Source: the human T2T-CHM13v2.0 reference genome, Homo sapiens. Taken from it: a stretch of DNA of 64,000 nt. Numbering within the stretch: the first letter of the stretch is position 1; each line of letters starts with the position of its first letter. The DNA lies in NCBI RefSeq assembly GCF_009914755.1, contig NC_060947.1; one strand, 5' to 3'. Below the pieces are notes generated by a model. That model had not been told where the DNA came from. It saw only the letters and a list, made by a program, of their open reading frames with translations, and did no database searches. The position numbers were made by a program, and so were the translations under genes. Of the stretch, positions 27,721 to 41,318 are shown one piece after another.

Positions 27721-29670
27721 TTTTTATATGGGTCAAAATAATCCTGAAGTCTAGTACTTTAGAAGAAAGCAATATCAGATAAAAAATTTGATCCAAACCC
27801 AGGTTCTCAACATATCCAAAAATTAAATTCAATTACCTTTGCTAACCACCCACCAAATATTTTCTCCAAGTCTCCTATTTGTATAAATATCCTCACCTTG
27901 AACGATGTTTAAATAGTATAGAAAAAATAGAATTAGAACAGAAAGCAGACATTTGAGCTGCATAATTGCCTTTTATGCCTACAATTTTTGGCATTGTGCA
28001 GAATGTCTCTGCCTCAGTTTTTACACCTGTGAAATACAGTGGTATTTTGAAGACAAATGTGGTTAAAATGAAACAACAAAACATAATTTATGAAGACGGC
28101 TGCCTAATATATGTATTAACCTACTTATGTGCATTTTTAATGTTTTATGTGTTGGATTTGCTACTTTTTAAGCTTCAAATGGACATGTATGGAATTCTCT
28201 TTGACTTTTGCAGTCTGCTTGAAAAGATTTTTTTAAGGGATTATGCTAATGACATCTTTAAGGTATAAATGCAAAAGTGTTAATATCTAGTAGATGATTA
28301 AAATTTGTTCATTTTTCTTTATACCCTTCAAAAAAGCCAGTTACCTTCTCTAACATAAGAGACTACATGGCAACTGCTCTATAATACATCTTGGCCTTCA
28401 TGCATTTGCAAGACACCACAAACTTTTAGATATAGGAAATTTGTAGAGATAGCATGTATGTTTCAGGAACACTGTTAATTAGTTCATCTTTGTTACTGTG
28501 CCCAAACATATCTGCAAATCATCTCAGTCACTGCCAATCCAGTGTTACACAGATATCAGCTGTAGTGATATAATTCATGATAATATAGCATGATAGACAT
28601 AATGTAGACCTTATTATCAATTTCATTTCTCTAAGTGTCAAAATGTATGATAGTTCCCATGAAATACTTCTTTGTAGCCTATTCATCCTAACAAGAATTT
28701 TTTCTAACCTTTGCATTTTGTTAAAAATGCCTTTTTACCATATGCTTCCAGAATCCTTTGAGAAGATGTTTTTCATGTTCATTAAATTAAAATGATGTTG
28801 TCCTTACAAACTATTATTACAATTAAAACATTCTTAAATCAGTTTACATACTTGATCTAGTGAAAATGTATCCCTGTAATTTCTTTATGTTTTAATTGGA
28901 GCAGAAGCAAACCACAGTTCAACGAGTTAAGTTTTACATCTGGAAAAACAAAGTAGTGATGAATTTTCAGCGACTGAAATGTTAAAAATGGATATGACCT
29001 AATTATGAGAATATTTGTATCAAGTCTTAACTGCTTGAAGAAATACAGAAGGAAGTGGTATATTTTAAACTTTTGAGCAGTAGAGAAAGGAAGGTTGCTT
29101 CTAAGATCCACTTCTAGCGAATAGATACCATCCAACTTCCCTTCTAGCTATGAGGAACTGTATGACTCTAAGTTCATCAGAATTGGTTTCTGAGCACTGA
29201 CCTGGCCCTAGACTTCCTTTGCTTTTGGGTCAGTCCTACCCATCCCCTGACCTTAATTAGACTTTAGATGACAACTTTAAGTTGAAGAGGAAAGGGGGAA
29301 GATTAGTCAAATGTCATCATTAAGCTAAGATCATAAAAAAGATGGCAATGTATTTCAGGGTGTATGTGTTCCAATATATCTAAAACTAAGCAACACCTGG
29401 GACATTTACAAAAAAATTCATGTGGAAAATTTGAACATTCTAGAAGCCCATACTGTGCAAGCCTACACTAAAAGCTACAGATAATTGTCTTGACTTATCT
29501 TTGGCCTACACTCTGTGCCCCTCAGGATATATAAGTTGAGTGCTGATAGCCTGAGAAATGATGGGACATATTATGGGCAAAAGATTCAAGTGTATATATA
29601 TCTAACTGCACTACAGAAAAGCAAAGAGGCAAGTTGCATTTCAGGGCTGGATAGAAACTGCTTTAGATCA

Positions 29671-30112
29671 TGTGGTTGGCAGAATTCCAAGTTGGCCCCC
29701 AATTTTTCCTTCTCCCTGCTGTACACACATCTTATCCCAGTTATTCAAACACTGAATAGTTTAAGTCAGGGGATTCGGTGTGTGAGAGAGCACATGGCAA
29801 GGAACTGCAGGAAGCATCTAGATGCTGAAAACAAGTCCAGATCAACAGCCAGCAAGGAAATGGGGACCTTGGTCCTACAACCACAAATAACTGGATTCTT
29901 TCAATAACATGAATCAGCTTGGAAGACGATTCATCCCCAAAATCTATTGATAAGAGTCTGGCTAGGGCAACACCTTAAGTATGAGATCTGTAACAGAGGA
30001 CCCATTAGAGCCCCCTTAGATTTGTCATCTAGAGAATAGTGAAATAGTTAATTGGTGTTGTTTAAAACATTAAGTTAGTCATAATTTGTTATACAGCAAT
30101 AGAAAATTAACA
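29671..30112 (+). mobile_element. MLT1E-family MaLR solo LTR
   Basis: tgtggttggcagaattccaagttggcccc...cagccagcaaggaaatggggacc...taatttgttatacagcaatagaaaattaaca. Confidence 0.85.
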
Positions 30113-30679
30113 TGCTAATATAAATTATTTTAGATTATATGCGTGAAACGTAGTATAACGTAATAATTTATTATTTATTCAAGAATAGTAAGGGTTGCGA
30201 TAGTGGTGGTAGTTGTTGCCTTTGGTGTAGGTGTTCTGGCTTTCACCTATTGAGATGTTTTATTAGATGGTGACAGTATGTTTAGTTTTGTAAGAAATTG
30301 TCAACTGTCTTCCAAAGTGACTATGCGAATTTGCATTTCCACCATCTGGCCAATAAACTATAAGGAGTAGTGATGTGTGTGCTGCCCAAGGCATGTCTTT
30401 AAAGGGAGAGAACATTGTCCGTTCGTCTGCTGATTAAAAAATAAATGGCTGAATGAACCCATTTCAGATGTAAAATGAGGTCCACACCAAAGGGTAGGTG
30501 GAAGAGGAAGCTAAATGCTCTATAAATCCCAGATAACTGTAAGGCCCCTACCTCAGCCTTTGAATGCTTACCTCCGTCCTTCAACATGAAAGAGAAATGA
30601 TTTATCTCTTGCTTAAGCCACTGTTATTTGGAACTTCTGTTACAGAAGCTGAATCCATTTTCCATGTATAACATCATCT

Positions 30680-32080
30680 AATTGAGTCATCTCCCTTTAG
30701 TACCTGACCCCAATATCTGCCTGCTTCTATTCATGCAGTGGCTGTCAGCATTTAAATATTTCACAAGCACCTTACTTCAACTGAGTTAAACATAATCTCC
30801 ATCACAAAATGCTCATCATCACTGGCCATCAGAGAAATGCAAATCAAAACCACAATGAGATACCATCTCGCACCAGTTAGAATGGCGATCATTAAAAAGT
30901 CAGGAAACAACAGGTGCTGGAGAGGATGTGGAGAAATAGGAACACTTTTACACTGTTGGTGGGACTGTAAACTCGTTCAACCATTGTGGAAGTCAGTGTG
31001 GCGATTCCTCAGGGATCTAGAACTAGAAATACCATTTGACCCAGCCATCCCATTACTGGGTATATACCCGAAGGATTATAAATCATGCTGCTATAAAGCC
31101 ACATGCACATGTATGTTTATTACGGCACTATTCACAATAGCAAAGACTTGGAACCAACCCAAATGTCCAACAACGATAGACTGGATTAAGAAAATGTGGC
31201 ACATATACAGCATGGAATACTACGCAGCCATAAAAGATGATGAGTTCATGTCCTTTGTAGGGCCATGGATAAAACTGGAAACCATCATTCTCAGCAAACT
31301 ATCACAAGGACAAAAAACCAAACACCGCATGTTCTCACTCATAGGTGGGAATTGAACAATGAGAACACATGGACACAGGAAAGGGAACATCACACACTGG
31401 GGCCTGTCGTGGGGTTGGGGGAGGGGGGAGGGATAGCATTAGGAGATATACCTAATGCTAAATGACGAGTTAATGGGTGCAGCACACCAACATGGCACAT
31501 GTATACATATGTAACAAACCTGCACATTGTGCACATGTACCCTGAAACTTAAAGTATAATAAAAAAAAAAAAGAATAGGCAATTTATGTCTCAAAAGAAA
31601 AAAAAAAAACCTCATTCTTCCTTCATGGTTCCATAAATTATGTCACCCTCCTTTCAGTCGAGAAACCTGGAAATCAGTCTTGACTCCTCCCTCTCCATAA
31701 ATGCTATGATTTGCTTGAACTTTTTATTGCTCCTCTGTGAGTGATTATATATACACTCATGTAATAAGATGTGATCTTCTGAAATTTCTAGAATCCCTTT
31801 ACTTCTATCTCTACCATCAACCTGGAGCAAATCTAGAATCTTTTACTGTCACCTACTTTCCTCCTAGCATCAGTTCTTAGCCCCTTCTAAACAATTACCT
31901 CTGAGAAAGCAGGTGTTCTTCCCACAGTCCAGGACTGATCATGACATATACATGTCAGGTCACTGTGTCAAAACCATTTAGTGTCCTACATTTACCATCG
32001 GAATAAAGTCCATACTCATTAGTATGACATACAAACTTCTCTTCAATATGTCCCTTGACTATTTCTATAGCAGACTTTTA
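30680..32080 (+). mobile_element. L2 fragment interrupted by L1PA3
   Basis: agaaacctggaaatcagtcttgactcctccctctcc and ggaataaagtccatactcattagtatgacatacaa. Confidence 0.65.
30806..31572 (+). mobile_element. 5'-truncated L1PA3-like element (youngest L1 in the window)
   Basis: Open ORF2 C-terminus 30837-31355 (...[25 protein letters not shown]...MFSLIGGN*). 3'UTR with atacctaatgctaaatgacgag and gcacaccaacatggc, then poly(A). Confidence 0.95.
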
Positions 32081-32094
32081 TCGAACTATGCCTG

Positions 32095-32305
32095 AACCTC
32101 ATTAGTAGGGTCAGGAAGTCAATTTAGTTGGTCGTGACCAGCATCTTCTTTTAAAGGAAAAAGAGTAGAATAGAATAGAATACAATAGATAATATTGCAG
32201 TTCATTTCTCATAGTAAGAGTTTTTTATTAAATATTTGTTTCAATTATAAATGTAATGCATTTCTTGCTGTAGGTCGAAGTGCATAGATTTTGAGAGCTC
32301 TTACT
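32095..32305. mobile_element. Non-autonomous hAT-Charlie-type element, subfamily uncertain
   Basis: tcaatttagttggtcgtgaccagcat...(aatag)n...aatgcatttcttgctgtaggtcg resembles a common Charlie-derived MER. Confidence 0.5.
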
Positions 32306-33869
32306 CTATGCTATCATCCCATGCTGCTCTTCTTGCCTGCATTGCCCAGCTTTTTGAACTTCATTTAGTCCCTCAAATGTCCACACATTCTCTTTCTGCC
32401 AGGCTCTTTGCATATGAGTTATTTAATCCCGCTTGTGTTTGTGCGTGTGTGAGCATACCCATATCCAAACATTAACAATGACTATTTCTGAGGGATGGAG
32501 TTGCAGGGAACTCTTCCTTGCTGTGTTCTTTATGTATTTTTCAACATTTTAACAATGATTTTATATTACTTTTTAAATCAGCAAATGTACGAAATATACA
32601 TTTTAAATAAATAGGAAGCTTATAAGGTAATTGAAGAGAAGAACAAGTAAAGTGCAATAATTTTAAAATGCAATACTAGGTGCCACTTTGTAATTCATAA
32701 AAGGATGAGTAACAAATAGGCTGAGGAAGACTCCTCAGAAGAGATGCGTAGTAAGTATGAGCTAAAAGAAAGTGTAGGAAATCATTAGACACAAAGAGAT
32801 GGAGGGCACTGCAAGCAGAAGAAATATCATGTGCAAGAAGAAGAAATCTGAAATCATGTCTTAGTCATGATTTATTATTTGCTATAATAGAGGCTATACT
32901 ATTATGTGATGAGTGGAAAGAATCATGGGAAATGCATATGGAAAGGCACATTAGATCAGAATTTCCTTTACCCTGCAAACAGTAGGGAGCCGCACAACAT
33001 TCATAAGCAGAAACTCACATGGCCAGATCAGGGTTTGGAGAGTAATAACTCTGGTAGGAATGTGAAAAATTGAATGGCTCTAGAAGACAAGGACATTGCG
33101 TAGCTGGCTGCATATTTGCTTACCATCTACCTCTGCTTCATCAGTCAACAACTCATATTGCTATAGACCTCGGGACCCCCTCTGACCCCCCAATCCTGGG
33201 AGTGCTTACTGGGTTTTGAATCTGCAGGTGTGCTCTGTGCCTGGAGCAAGCCTGAGGTAGGTGGAGTTTCTGTCACTCTGAGCTGGATATAATTGGCCCC
33301 TGTGGGACCTTGATGGCAGTTACTTGGAGTCAGAAATAGAGGGTGGGAAAGAAGGATGAACATAAAACCCAGGGAATGTTCAGTTATTTCATGCACATTT
33401 CTTCTTCATGACAAAACGAACACTGTTCAGAAAGCAGCAGAATAAACACATTTGCTACAGCTCCTGATGTCCTCTGTTGCCATAAGTGAAAAAGCTTGAA
33501 TTGTCTGTCAGGCTTCATAAGTATCCTTCCTCTGGACACCAAGTCGTGAGTTTAACCCTGACGCTCTGCCAATGCCTGACTGCTGACAGCATAGTTGAAT
33601 AATACGGGATCTTTCTCTCTCCTTCCTCAAGAGAAGGTCTGGCAGTGGGATCGATGCAAATTTTCCTGTCCCACCTCAGTTAGAATACACATCCAATCGC
33701 TTGTAAACCTTGGTTTATTTACCCTAGGATAAGAATGCACAACTCTCAGGATAGATAGAGACATGAAATGAGGTAACCACTATCAAATTCCTGGAGCATA
33801 ATAGGATCTCAATAAATAGTACTGATAATACTGCTGATGGTAATGTAAATAATAATACTGACCTTTAAA

Positions 33870-34090
33870 GGCAAAAGCAACTAGCGTGCTTTAGTTACAT
33901 ATTTGTAGGCATTATGCGAGCTGCTTTACATATATTGGCCCATTTCAAATTCACATTTTAAAGAAAGAAAAACTGAGGTTTGTAGAGGTTAGTTTGCCCG
34001 AAGTCATAAATCTAGTAAGTCACAGAGCTCAGACTGGATCCTAAGACTATACAGCACCAGGTTCAGTCTATTTAATCACTCCCTGATATT
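33870..34090 (-). mobile_element. MIR SINE
   Basis: aaaactgaggtttgtagaggttagtttgcccgaagtcata...tagtaagt. Confidence 0.75.
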
Positions 34091-35019
34091 ACCATAATAG
34101 CAGAAATGTGCCATTTAAAAATTTTGCATTGTGATTTTTTTTTTATCTCATAGCTAATCTGGATGATGCTCCTTAGAAGACAGAAATGTTGCTTGCCATT
34201 TTGCAGCTTCCATTAATTTTATTACTAAAAGTTAGCTGCCTGGGTTTATTTGTACAATCATGTATGTTACTTTTTTTAAAAAAAGAATTTCTAAATAACT
34301 TGTCATTTTGACTATCTTGAAAATACTGATTACGCTTTCAGATGGTGACAGAAATGAAAAGTTGCAGGAGGTTTAATCATGTACTACTTCCAGCAGCAGT
34401 TACTAAAGCCTCATAACACTTCGTCACAACTAATACATTATTGGAAAAGGGGAAATATCATATCATATTTTTAACAGCTGGAAATAAGTGATTTTTATTT
34501 TAATACAACAAGTATTATATTGTAGAAAAGAAGCATTCTGACTTTTTTGTCGTTATGACTCACTGCCTATCAATTGCTTGTTATGACATTTGAAGCGATG
34601 CTGGCCCAAGCAATCTTTTTAGAGTTCTTTACCCAGATTAGGCTGTTGCAATCCTATGATCCTTTGAAAATGTTTGTGAGAATATACTGAAGAGCTAGCA
34701 CTGTACTGTGTTACCCCCAGCGTCATGTGTATGAAATTATCTCCAAGATGCTGTCAGCTCAGCTAGCCATCAAAGCTGGTTGCAGGCCCAGGGCAAAAGT
34801 TTTGTAATGAATACACCTCATGAGTTAGGAGTGATTGTGGAAGACTTTTGCAGTCAGTTCTCATTCAGCCTAGACGATTCTTTTTAATGACACAGGGATT
34901 ATGATTATCCGTTACTCCCTCACGAAAAGGGGAAGGGAACACATATTTACTTTCTTGATAATATTTTTGCCTAGAAGAACCATCTGCTGAAGTTTCTGCT
35001 TACCACAAACTTATTCAGC

Positions 35020-35235
35020 CCTAATTTGTCATGTCATGTGATTTAATTCTCATAAAGTTCTAAGAGATACAGATGATATTATCATCCCCATTTTACTGAT
35101 AAGAAAACTGAGGATGAGAGAAGTTAAGTGATTTTTCCAAGATCACTCAGTCAACAACGGGTGAATCTGGGAGTCTAAGCCAGGGCTTTCTGATGTTTCC
35201 TTTCTTAAGGTCTTTTAGTCTCCCATGATATTGCT
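35020..35235 (-). mobile_element. MIR SINE
   Basis: atcatccccattttactgataagaaaactgagg...aagttaagtgatttttccaagatcac. Confidence 0.8.
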
Positions 35236-35658
35236 CTTCTTGGGATTCCAGTAACACTTGGCTTATCTCTTTCATTGAGCACATTTTATTTTCACCTTAT
35301 GTTATAATAATGATATATGTTTGTGTATTCTCTTTCCATTGAGTTTTGTCTCCTTGAGGGTAAATGGCAGATCCTTTTATTTCTCTATTCTTTATAGTGC
35401 TGACCATGGGGCCTGAAATACTTTATTATTTGAATAAGTCAAATATGTGTTCAGGAGATGTCTATATTTAAATATATTTTACCAATATCAAATACCAAGC
35501 GTTTGTACATTTTCCCAATAAATACTTAGGAATTGCATTCCTTTGGCAGTTATTTTTCTGTAAGCTTTCTATTCCACTGAATAAATTAATATCCTGAACC
35601 TAATATCGAATGGATGTCTAAGGTTTCTGTTTTGTTTTGTTTTTTCTAGCAAAGATTT

Positions 35659-35982
35659 TTTTTTTTTTTTGAGACAGAGTCTCATTCTGTCGCTCAGGCT
35701 GGAGTGCAGTGGTGCGATCTCAGCTCATGCTGGAGTGCAGTGGCGTGTTCTCGGCTCATTGCAACCTCTGCCTCCTGGGTTCAAGTGATACTCCTGCCTC
35801 AGCCTCCTGAGTAGCTGGGAATACAGGTGCCCGCCACCATGCCAGGCTAATTTCTGTATTTTTTAGTAGAGACGGGGTTTCACCGTGTTAGCCAGGATGG
35901 TCTCGATCTCCTGACCTCGTGATCGGCCCACCTCAGCCTCCCAAAGTGCTGGGATTACAGGCGTGAGCCACCGTGCCCGACC
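35659..35982 (-). mobile_element. AluSc-like element with internal 31-bp duplication
   Basis: Full dimer with perfect TSD tctagcaaagattt (35645-35658, 35983-35996) and gtgttagccaggatggtctcgatctcctgacctcgtgatc. Confidence 0.96.
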
Positions 35983-36119
35983 TCTAGCAAAGATTTAAAG
36001 TGTCAGGGCTTCCATTAGAATGAAGGGAAACAACTGACATAGTTGGGACAGTGAAGAGTGATCAGGCATTATATGACTATTCAACAAATGCCATGGTTTG
36101 GAGACCTCATCAATAATTC

Positions 36120-36330
36120 CTTGTATTTATCTACCTGGAGGTTTTATATACATTTTGCCCTTGCACTGCCCTGTGAGTTGAATAAGTTGAATAGGATAGG
36201 TCATTTCCACTGGACAGATGCATAAATTAAGGCCAGAAGAGAGTGAGTAACAGGACAAGGTTACACAGCTTGTAAGTACTAGAGTTGAGACTAGTATCTG
36301 GGCCTCCATTCCCTGTCCATGTTGCCTTTG
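36120..36330 (-). mobile_element. MIR SINE
   Basis: ttccactggacagatgcataaattaaggccagaagagagtgagtaac...aaggttacacagcttgtaagt. Confidence 0.65.
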
Positions 36331-36379
36331 GAGTAATCCACCCACGCAGTGATTCAAGCTGTTACTTGGGAAGTCATTC

Positions 36380-37010
36380 TCAACATCTGTCTTTCTCCCT
36401 GCTATACCAACTGAACATTTCTTCAGGCTGTTTCCAGACCATCATGAATTTATGCAGACGCCTCCAACTGTTTGTCTCTCGGCTTCCAGTCTTTCCCTCT
36501 AACCTGGTCATTATAAAAACTTGAATAATACTAGTCACTCACCTCTTTGAAACCCCGACATGGCTCCATAACTCCTTAGCTTGGTACCCAAGACTCCTGC
36601 CAGCCTCATTTGATTCAATTCTTCCCATATTTTATCATTTACTACCACTCCATCCTCATGGTGAAAGTAATTGCAATAGCTCTTTTATTCCTGGACTGTT
36701 TAACATAACGTTCTCTCTGGCTTTATAGACAGTTACCTCCTTCCCCAGCCTCCTTTCCGTCTGATTCACATCCACTCATTCTTTAGGCCTCTGAGGATAT
36801 ACCATCTCTTTCTAGAAGACTTCCCTGATGCTCAAGTTCACCAGCGGGTCCCTTTATCTATGGGGCAATAGCCCCTCATGCTAATTCTTATAACATTAAT
36901 CATACTACAGTTCAATTGTCGTATTGTATTTCCTATCGGGCTGTGGCTGTATTCAGATGAGCAGGACCAGGTGACACAGTTCTTTATGGCTCCTTGGGGA
37001 ACTGGAGAAT
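36380..37010 (+). mobile_element. L2 fragment
   Basis: ctccttagcttggtacccaagactc...catctcttctagaagacttccctga. Confidence 0.65.
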
Positions 37011-38504
37011 GTATGGCTAGAGCACTGCTATGAGAGCTAGTGGGAGGACTTGAGCAGCAGCCTTGCTCACACAGCATAAAAAATGCTGTGGACCCGACTT
37101 CCATTCTAAGCCAGGTTATGCTTGACTTATATCTGCAGTACTTGAAAAGTATGAGTAACAGTAGATGAGTAACAATTAGACAAGAACTCATGCAATTCCT
37201 GCTTTAAAATGTTCACTCCAAATTTGAATCAAACCGACCAATGGAAAATAAGAGTGAGTTTTATTTAACAAAAATATTATGTTCCCTAGTCATAACCTTT
37301 CTGATATAACGCATCAAATATATTAAGAGTTTATTATTTGTTTGCTGCTTTCAGAATTTGGAATTACTAATAACATTAACAATCACTATCATTGTGATCA
37401 TGCGAATGTGTTACTATTTGACACACACAGTTAAATTTTTCATCATGCTCTGTAGTTTCCAATGTGTACTGTAGGTTTCTCATGGGTAGGAACCATTGTT
37501 TTGCGCTTAATACCTAGCACGGTGTTAGATTATTCTAGTAAATTTTAAATAACTAAATTAACGTTTTACATATATTAATTTGTTTTATTCACATCACAGC
37601 CCCGTCTGTCAGGTCTGGCATTTTCTAGATCAAAAAGCGGAAAACAAAATCACTTAGAGATGGAACAAATGGAGAAAACTAAATTTATTCGAACACCTTT
37701 TTGGGGGATACTTGGTGGGTTTTCTAGAAGCATGGTTGATTAACAATAGCTAGTCATCAAATTTCCTTGTACAGTGGTTGGGCCATGTTATATTTAAGGC
37801 TTTTATTAGTTTTCATACAGATTCAGGCATAAGACTGAAATCATTTGGAAGAGAGTAGAGAGACTAAGAGATCAAGTGCTACATAAGAAAAGGGTGGAGA
37901 CCGTGCTCCCCAGCTAGGCAGGGTGATTGGAGAGATCATAAAGAAAAAAATGTCAAATATCAAAACCATCTTCTTTGTCTTCTACAAATTTTTCAGTAAA
38001 ATCTACATGTTTTTTCAGTGCTTTGACAGTAAGTTCCCTCTTTCTGATGATTACAAAGGAGCGCTGTCTCAGATATTCAGCTAGAACTGAGCATTTCAGT
38101 ACTGAGAGTTTAAGCAACGTGCCTAGTCATTTGGATAGTGGATGTTGGTGGAAATGTATTTATTTATTATGTAAATGAATGTAAATCAATGTAAATGTAA
38201 ATGAAAACTCAGTAGAGTATTTTCTGAATGGCAGGCACTGGAAACAGTGCAGTGAACAAGATTTCAAAGGTCTCCTTTCTTATGGAAATTACATTCTAGT
38301 AGTAGAGCTAAAAAGTGTACAGGAAAAACAATAAAGCCTGCAATAAGTATTTTAAAGGAAAAAATTAAACAGGGTTATGCTATAGAGAAGAAAATGAAAT
38401 TGGAATTACTTTTCTGTAGGATGGTCATAGAAGGTCTCTCTGAGGGGTGATGTTGAAGATGAGAACAACCCTGGTTAAAGGAAAAAGGAAGAAAATTCCA
38501 GACT

Positions 38505-40088
38505 TAACAAAAGAGCAAACAAATCCAAAAGCTAGCACAAGACAAGAAATAACTAAGATCAGAGTGGAACTGACGAAGATAGAGACACGAACAACCCTTT
38601 AAAAAATCATTGAATGCAGAAGCTGGTTTGTTGAAACAAACAATAAAAGAGAGAAGAATCAAATAGACAAAAAATTGATAAAGGGCATATCACCACTGAC
38701 TCCACAGACATACAGACCAATGGAACAGAATAGAGACCTCAGAAATAAGACCACCCATCTACAACCATCTGATCTTTGACAAACCTGATAAAAATGAGCA
38801 ATGGGTAAAGGATTCCCTATTTAATAAATGGTGCTGGGAAAACTGGCTAGCCATATGCAGAAAACAGAAACTGGACCCCTTCCTTGCACCTTATACAAAA
38901 ATTAACTCAAGGTGGACTAAAGACTTAAATGTAAAACCCAAAACCATAAAAACTCTAGAAGAAAAGCTGGGCAATACCATTCAAGACATAGGCATAGGCA
39001 AAGATTTTCTGATGAAATCTCCAAAAGCAATTGCAACAAAAGCTATAATTGACAAATGAGATCTAATTAAACTAAAGAGTTTCTGTACAGCAAAAGAAAC
39101 TATCATCAGAGCAAACAGAACCTACAGAATGGGAGGACGTTTTTGCAATCTACCCATCTGACAAAGGTCTAATATCCAGAATTTACAAGGAACTTAAATT
39201 TACAACAACCCCATCAAAAAGTGGGGAAAGGATATGAACAAACACTTCTCAAAGAAGATTTATGCGGCCAAGAAAGATAAGAAAAAAAGCTCAACATCAC
39301 TGATCATTAGAGAAATGCAAATCAAAACCACAATGAGATACCATCTCACACCAATCAGAATGGTGATTATTAAAAAGTCAAGAAACAACAGATGTTGGTG
39401 AGGCTGTGGAGAGATAGAAACACTTTTACATTGTTGGTGGGAAGGGAAATTAGTTCAACCACTGCAGAAGACAGTGTGGCGATTCCTCAAGGATCTAGAA
39501 CCAGAAATACCATTTGACCCAGTAATCCCATTACTGGGTATATATCCAAAGGGATATAAATTCTTCTGTTATAAAGATACATGCACATGTATGTTTATTG
39601 CAGCACTATTCACAACAGCAAAGACATGGAACCAACCCAAATACCCACCAATGATATACTGGATAAAGAAAATGTGGTACATATACACCATGGAATACTG
39701 TGCAGCCACAAAAAGGAATGAGATCATGTCCTTTGCAGGGACATGGATGAAGCTGGAAGCCATCATCACCAGCAAACTAACGCAGGAACAGAAAACCAAA
39801 CACTGCATATTCTCACTCATAAGTGGGAGTTGAACAACGAGAACACGTGGACTCCAGGAGGGGAAAAACACACACCGGGCCTGTGGGAGATGCAAAAGGG
39901 AAAGAGTGCATCAGGACAAACAGCTAATGCATGTGGGGCTTAAAACCTAGGTGATGGGTTGATAGGTGCAACAAACCACCATGGCACGTGTATACCTATA
40001 TAACAAACCTGCACATTCTGCACATGTATCCCAGAACTGAAAGTAAAAATAAGAATAATAATAAATAAATAATAAATAAATAAAAATA
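38505..40088 (+). mobile_element. 5'-truncated, internally deleted L1PA8-like element inside an L2
   Basis: ORF2 text from aagagcaaacaaatccaaaagctagc, ORF 39474-39833, 3'UTR gcatcaggacaaacagctaatgcatgtggggcttaaaacctagg, and an (AAT/AAAT)n tail. Confidence 0.93.
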
Positions 40089-41059
40089 TATTAAAGCAAG
40101 AGAGAGGCTGGCATGTTCCAGAAATTTTCAGAACACCATTGTGATTGGAAAAATTGGTGGGGTGGCATTAAATGATACCGAAATAGAGAATTTATGAAAA
40201 TGTCTAATTTAATGTTCTTTCTAATTCACTTCTATATTGCACAATGATAATATAATGAGATGGTAATGGGTAATGTTGATTCTGAAATACAGCATATTTT
40301 AGTGCAAAATTTTAAGCAGGGATTCTTCTGTATATTATTTGCACTATCACTAGGATTACCCCTATTTGGTAACACTGGCTGATGCCTTATCTCAGTACTA
40401 GTATTTATTTTACCTTGTTGTCTCTTCCAATAAGATGAAACACATTTTATTTCTTAACTGTAAATGACAGTAGAGCATTAATGTGATGAATAGCTTTAAT
40501 TTTAATACAAACCTGAAGAAGGCCAGAATGAGAGCATTCTGCTGATACATTCCAAAAGCAATGCTACTATCCATCAGTAAAGCTAATTTATCCATCTGGA
40601 ATACGAAAAAGAAAAATCTGAATTTGAGAAATAAATGGGTTTATATAAAAAAGAAGCTCACAGAGTTTTTTTCATGAGGGTCATTGCTTTGCATATGACA
40701 ACAAAGTTAAGTAATAGTTTTCTGCCTATGAACTTAGGTTAAGATAGTGGGCTAGGTTTCAACAGCATCTGACAATTTTTCATGATGCTGAAAGGGAATA
40801 AAACAATACCATCTTGAAACATTATTTCGTATACTCAGGAAGTTAAGGCAATTATAAAGCCCAGTAGACTCCTTATTCCTGATTTTTAACCACTGTAACG
40901 CCATGTGCTTAGAAAACTCTTAACATTGGCCAGAATTAAAATACCAAAATAGAATGGACTTTTACTGTAGTCTCCTAAGGAGTAACGTTCCTCTTATGTA
41001 TCTATTAACATGACACATATCAATGAGAACTTTCAAAATCACACTTCACAAACATTAGT

Positions 41060-41318
41060 AAGAATAGCATAGTCAGTGTTAATAGTATAGGTTATGGAGC
41101 CCACCTGCCGGGATTTGAATTTTGGTTCTACCACTCATTACTTCTGTGACTGTGAGGAAGTTGATTGACTGCTCTGTGTGTGTTTCCTCACCTGTAAAAT
41201 GGTGATGATAATAGCTATAAGGTTATTGCAAGGATTGAGTTGATGAATGTTAAGCACATAGAACGCTTTCTTGGGACCCAATAATCCTTCAGTAAATTTT
41301 AACTGCTTTTTATTATTC
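41060..41318 (+). mobile_element. MIR SINE, near full length
   Basis: ggatttgaattttggttctaccactc...tttcctcacctgtaaaatggtgatgataatag. Confidence 0.85.

Noticed and set aside
28500-28760. Possible ancient LINE (CR1-type) coding remnant
   Set aside because: Similarity is too faint to support by eye and would need a Dfam search.
30837-31355. 172-aa ORF as a host gene
   Set aside because: It is the C-terminus of L1 ORF2 in a 5'-truncated element. The same applies to the ORFs at 13252, 39474, 54954 and 55829.
33210-33422. Possible 213-nt minus-strand exon (cag acceptor, gtaagc donor)
   Set aside because: All three frames hit stops within about 40 nt of the acceptor, so it is not coding. There is no evidence for a non-coding exon beyond short motifs.
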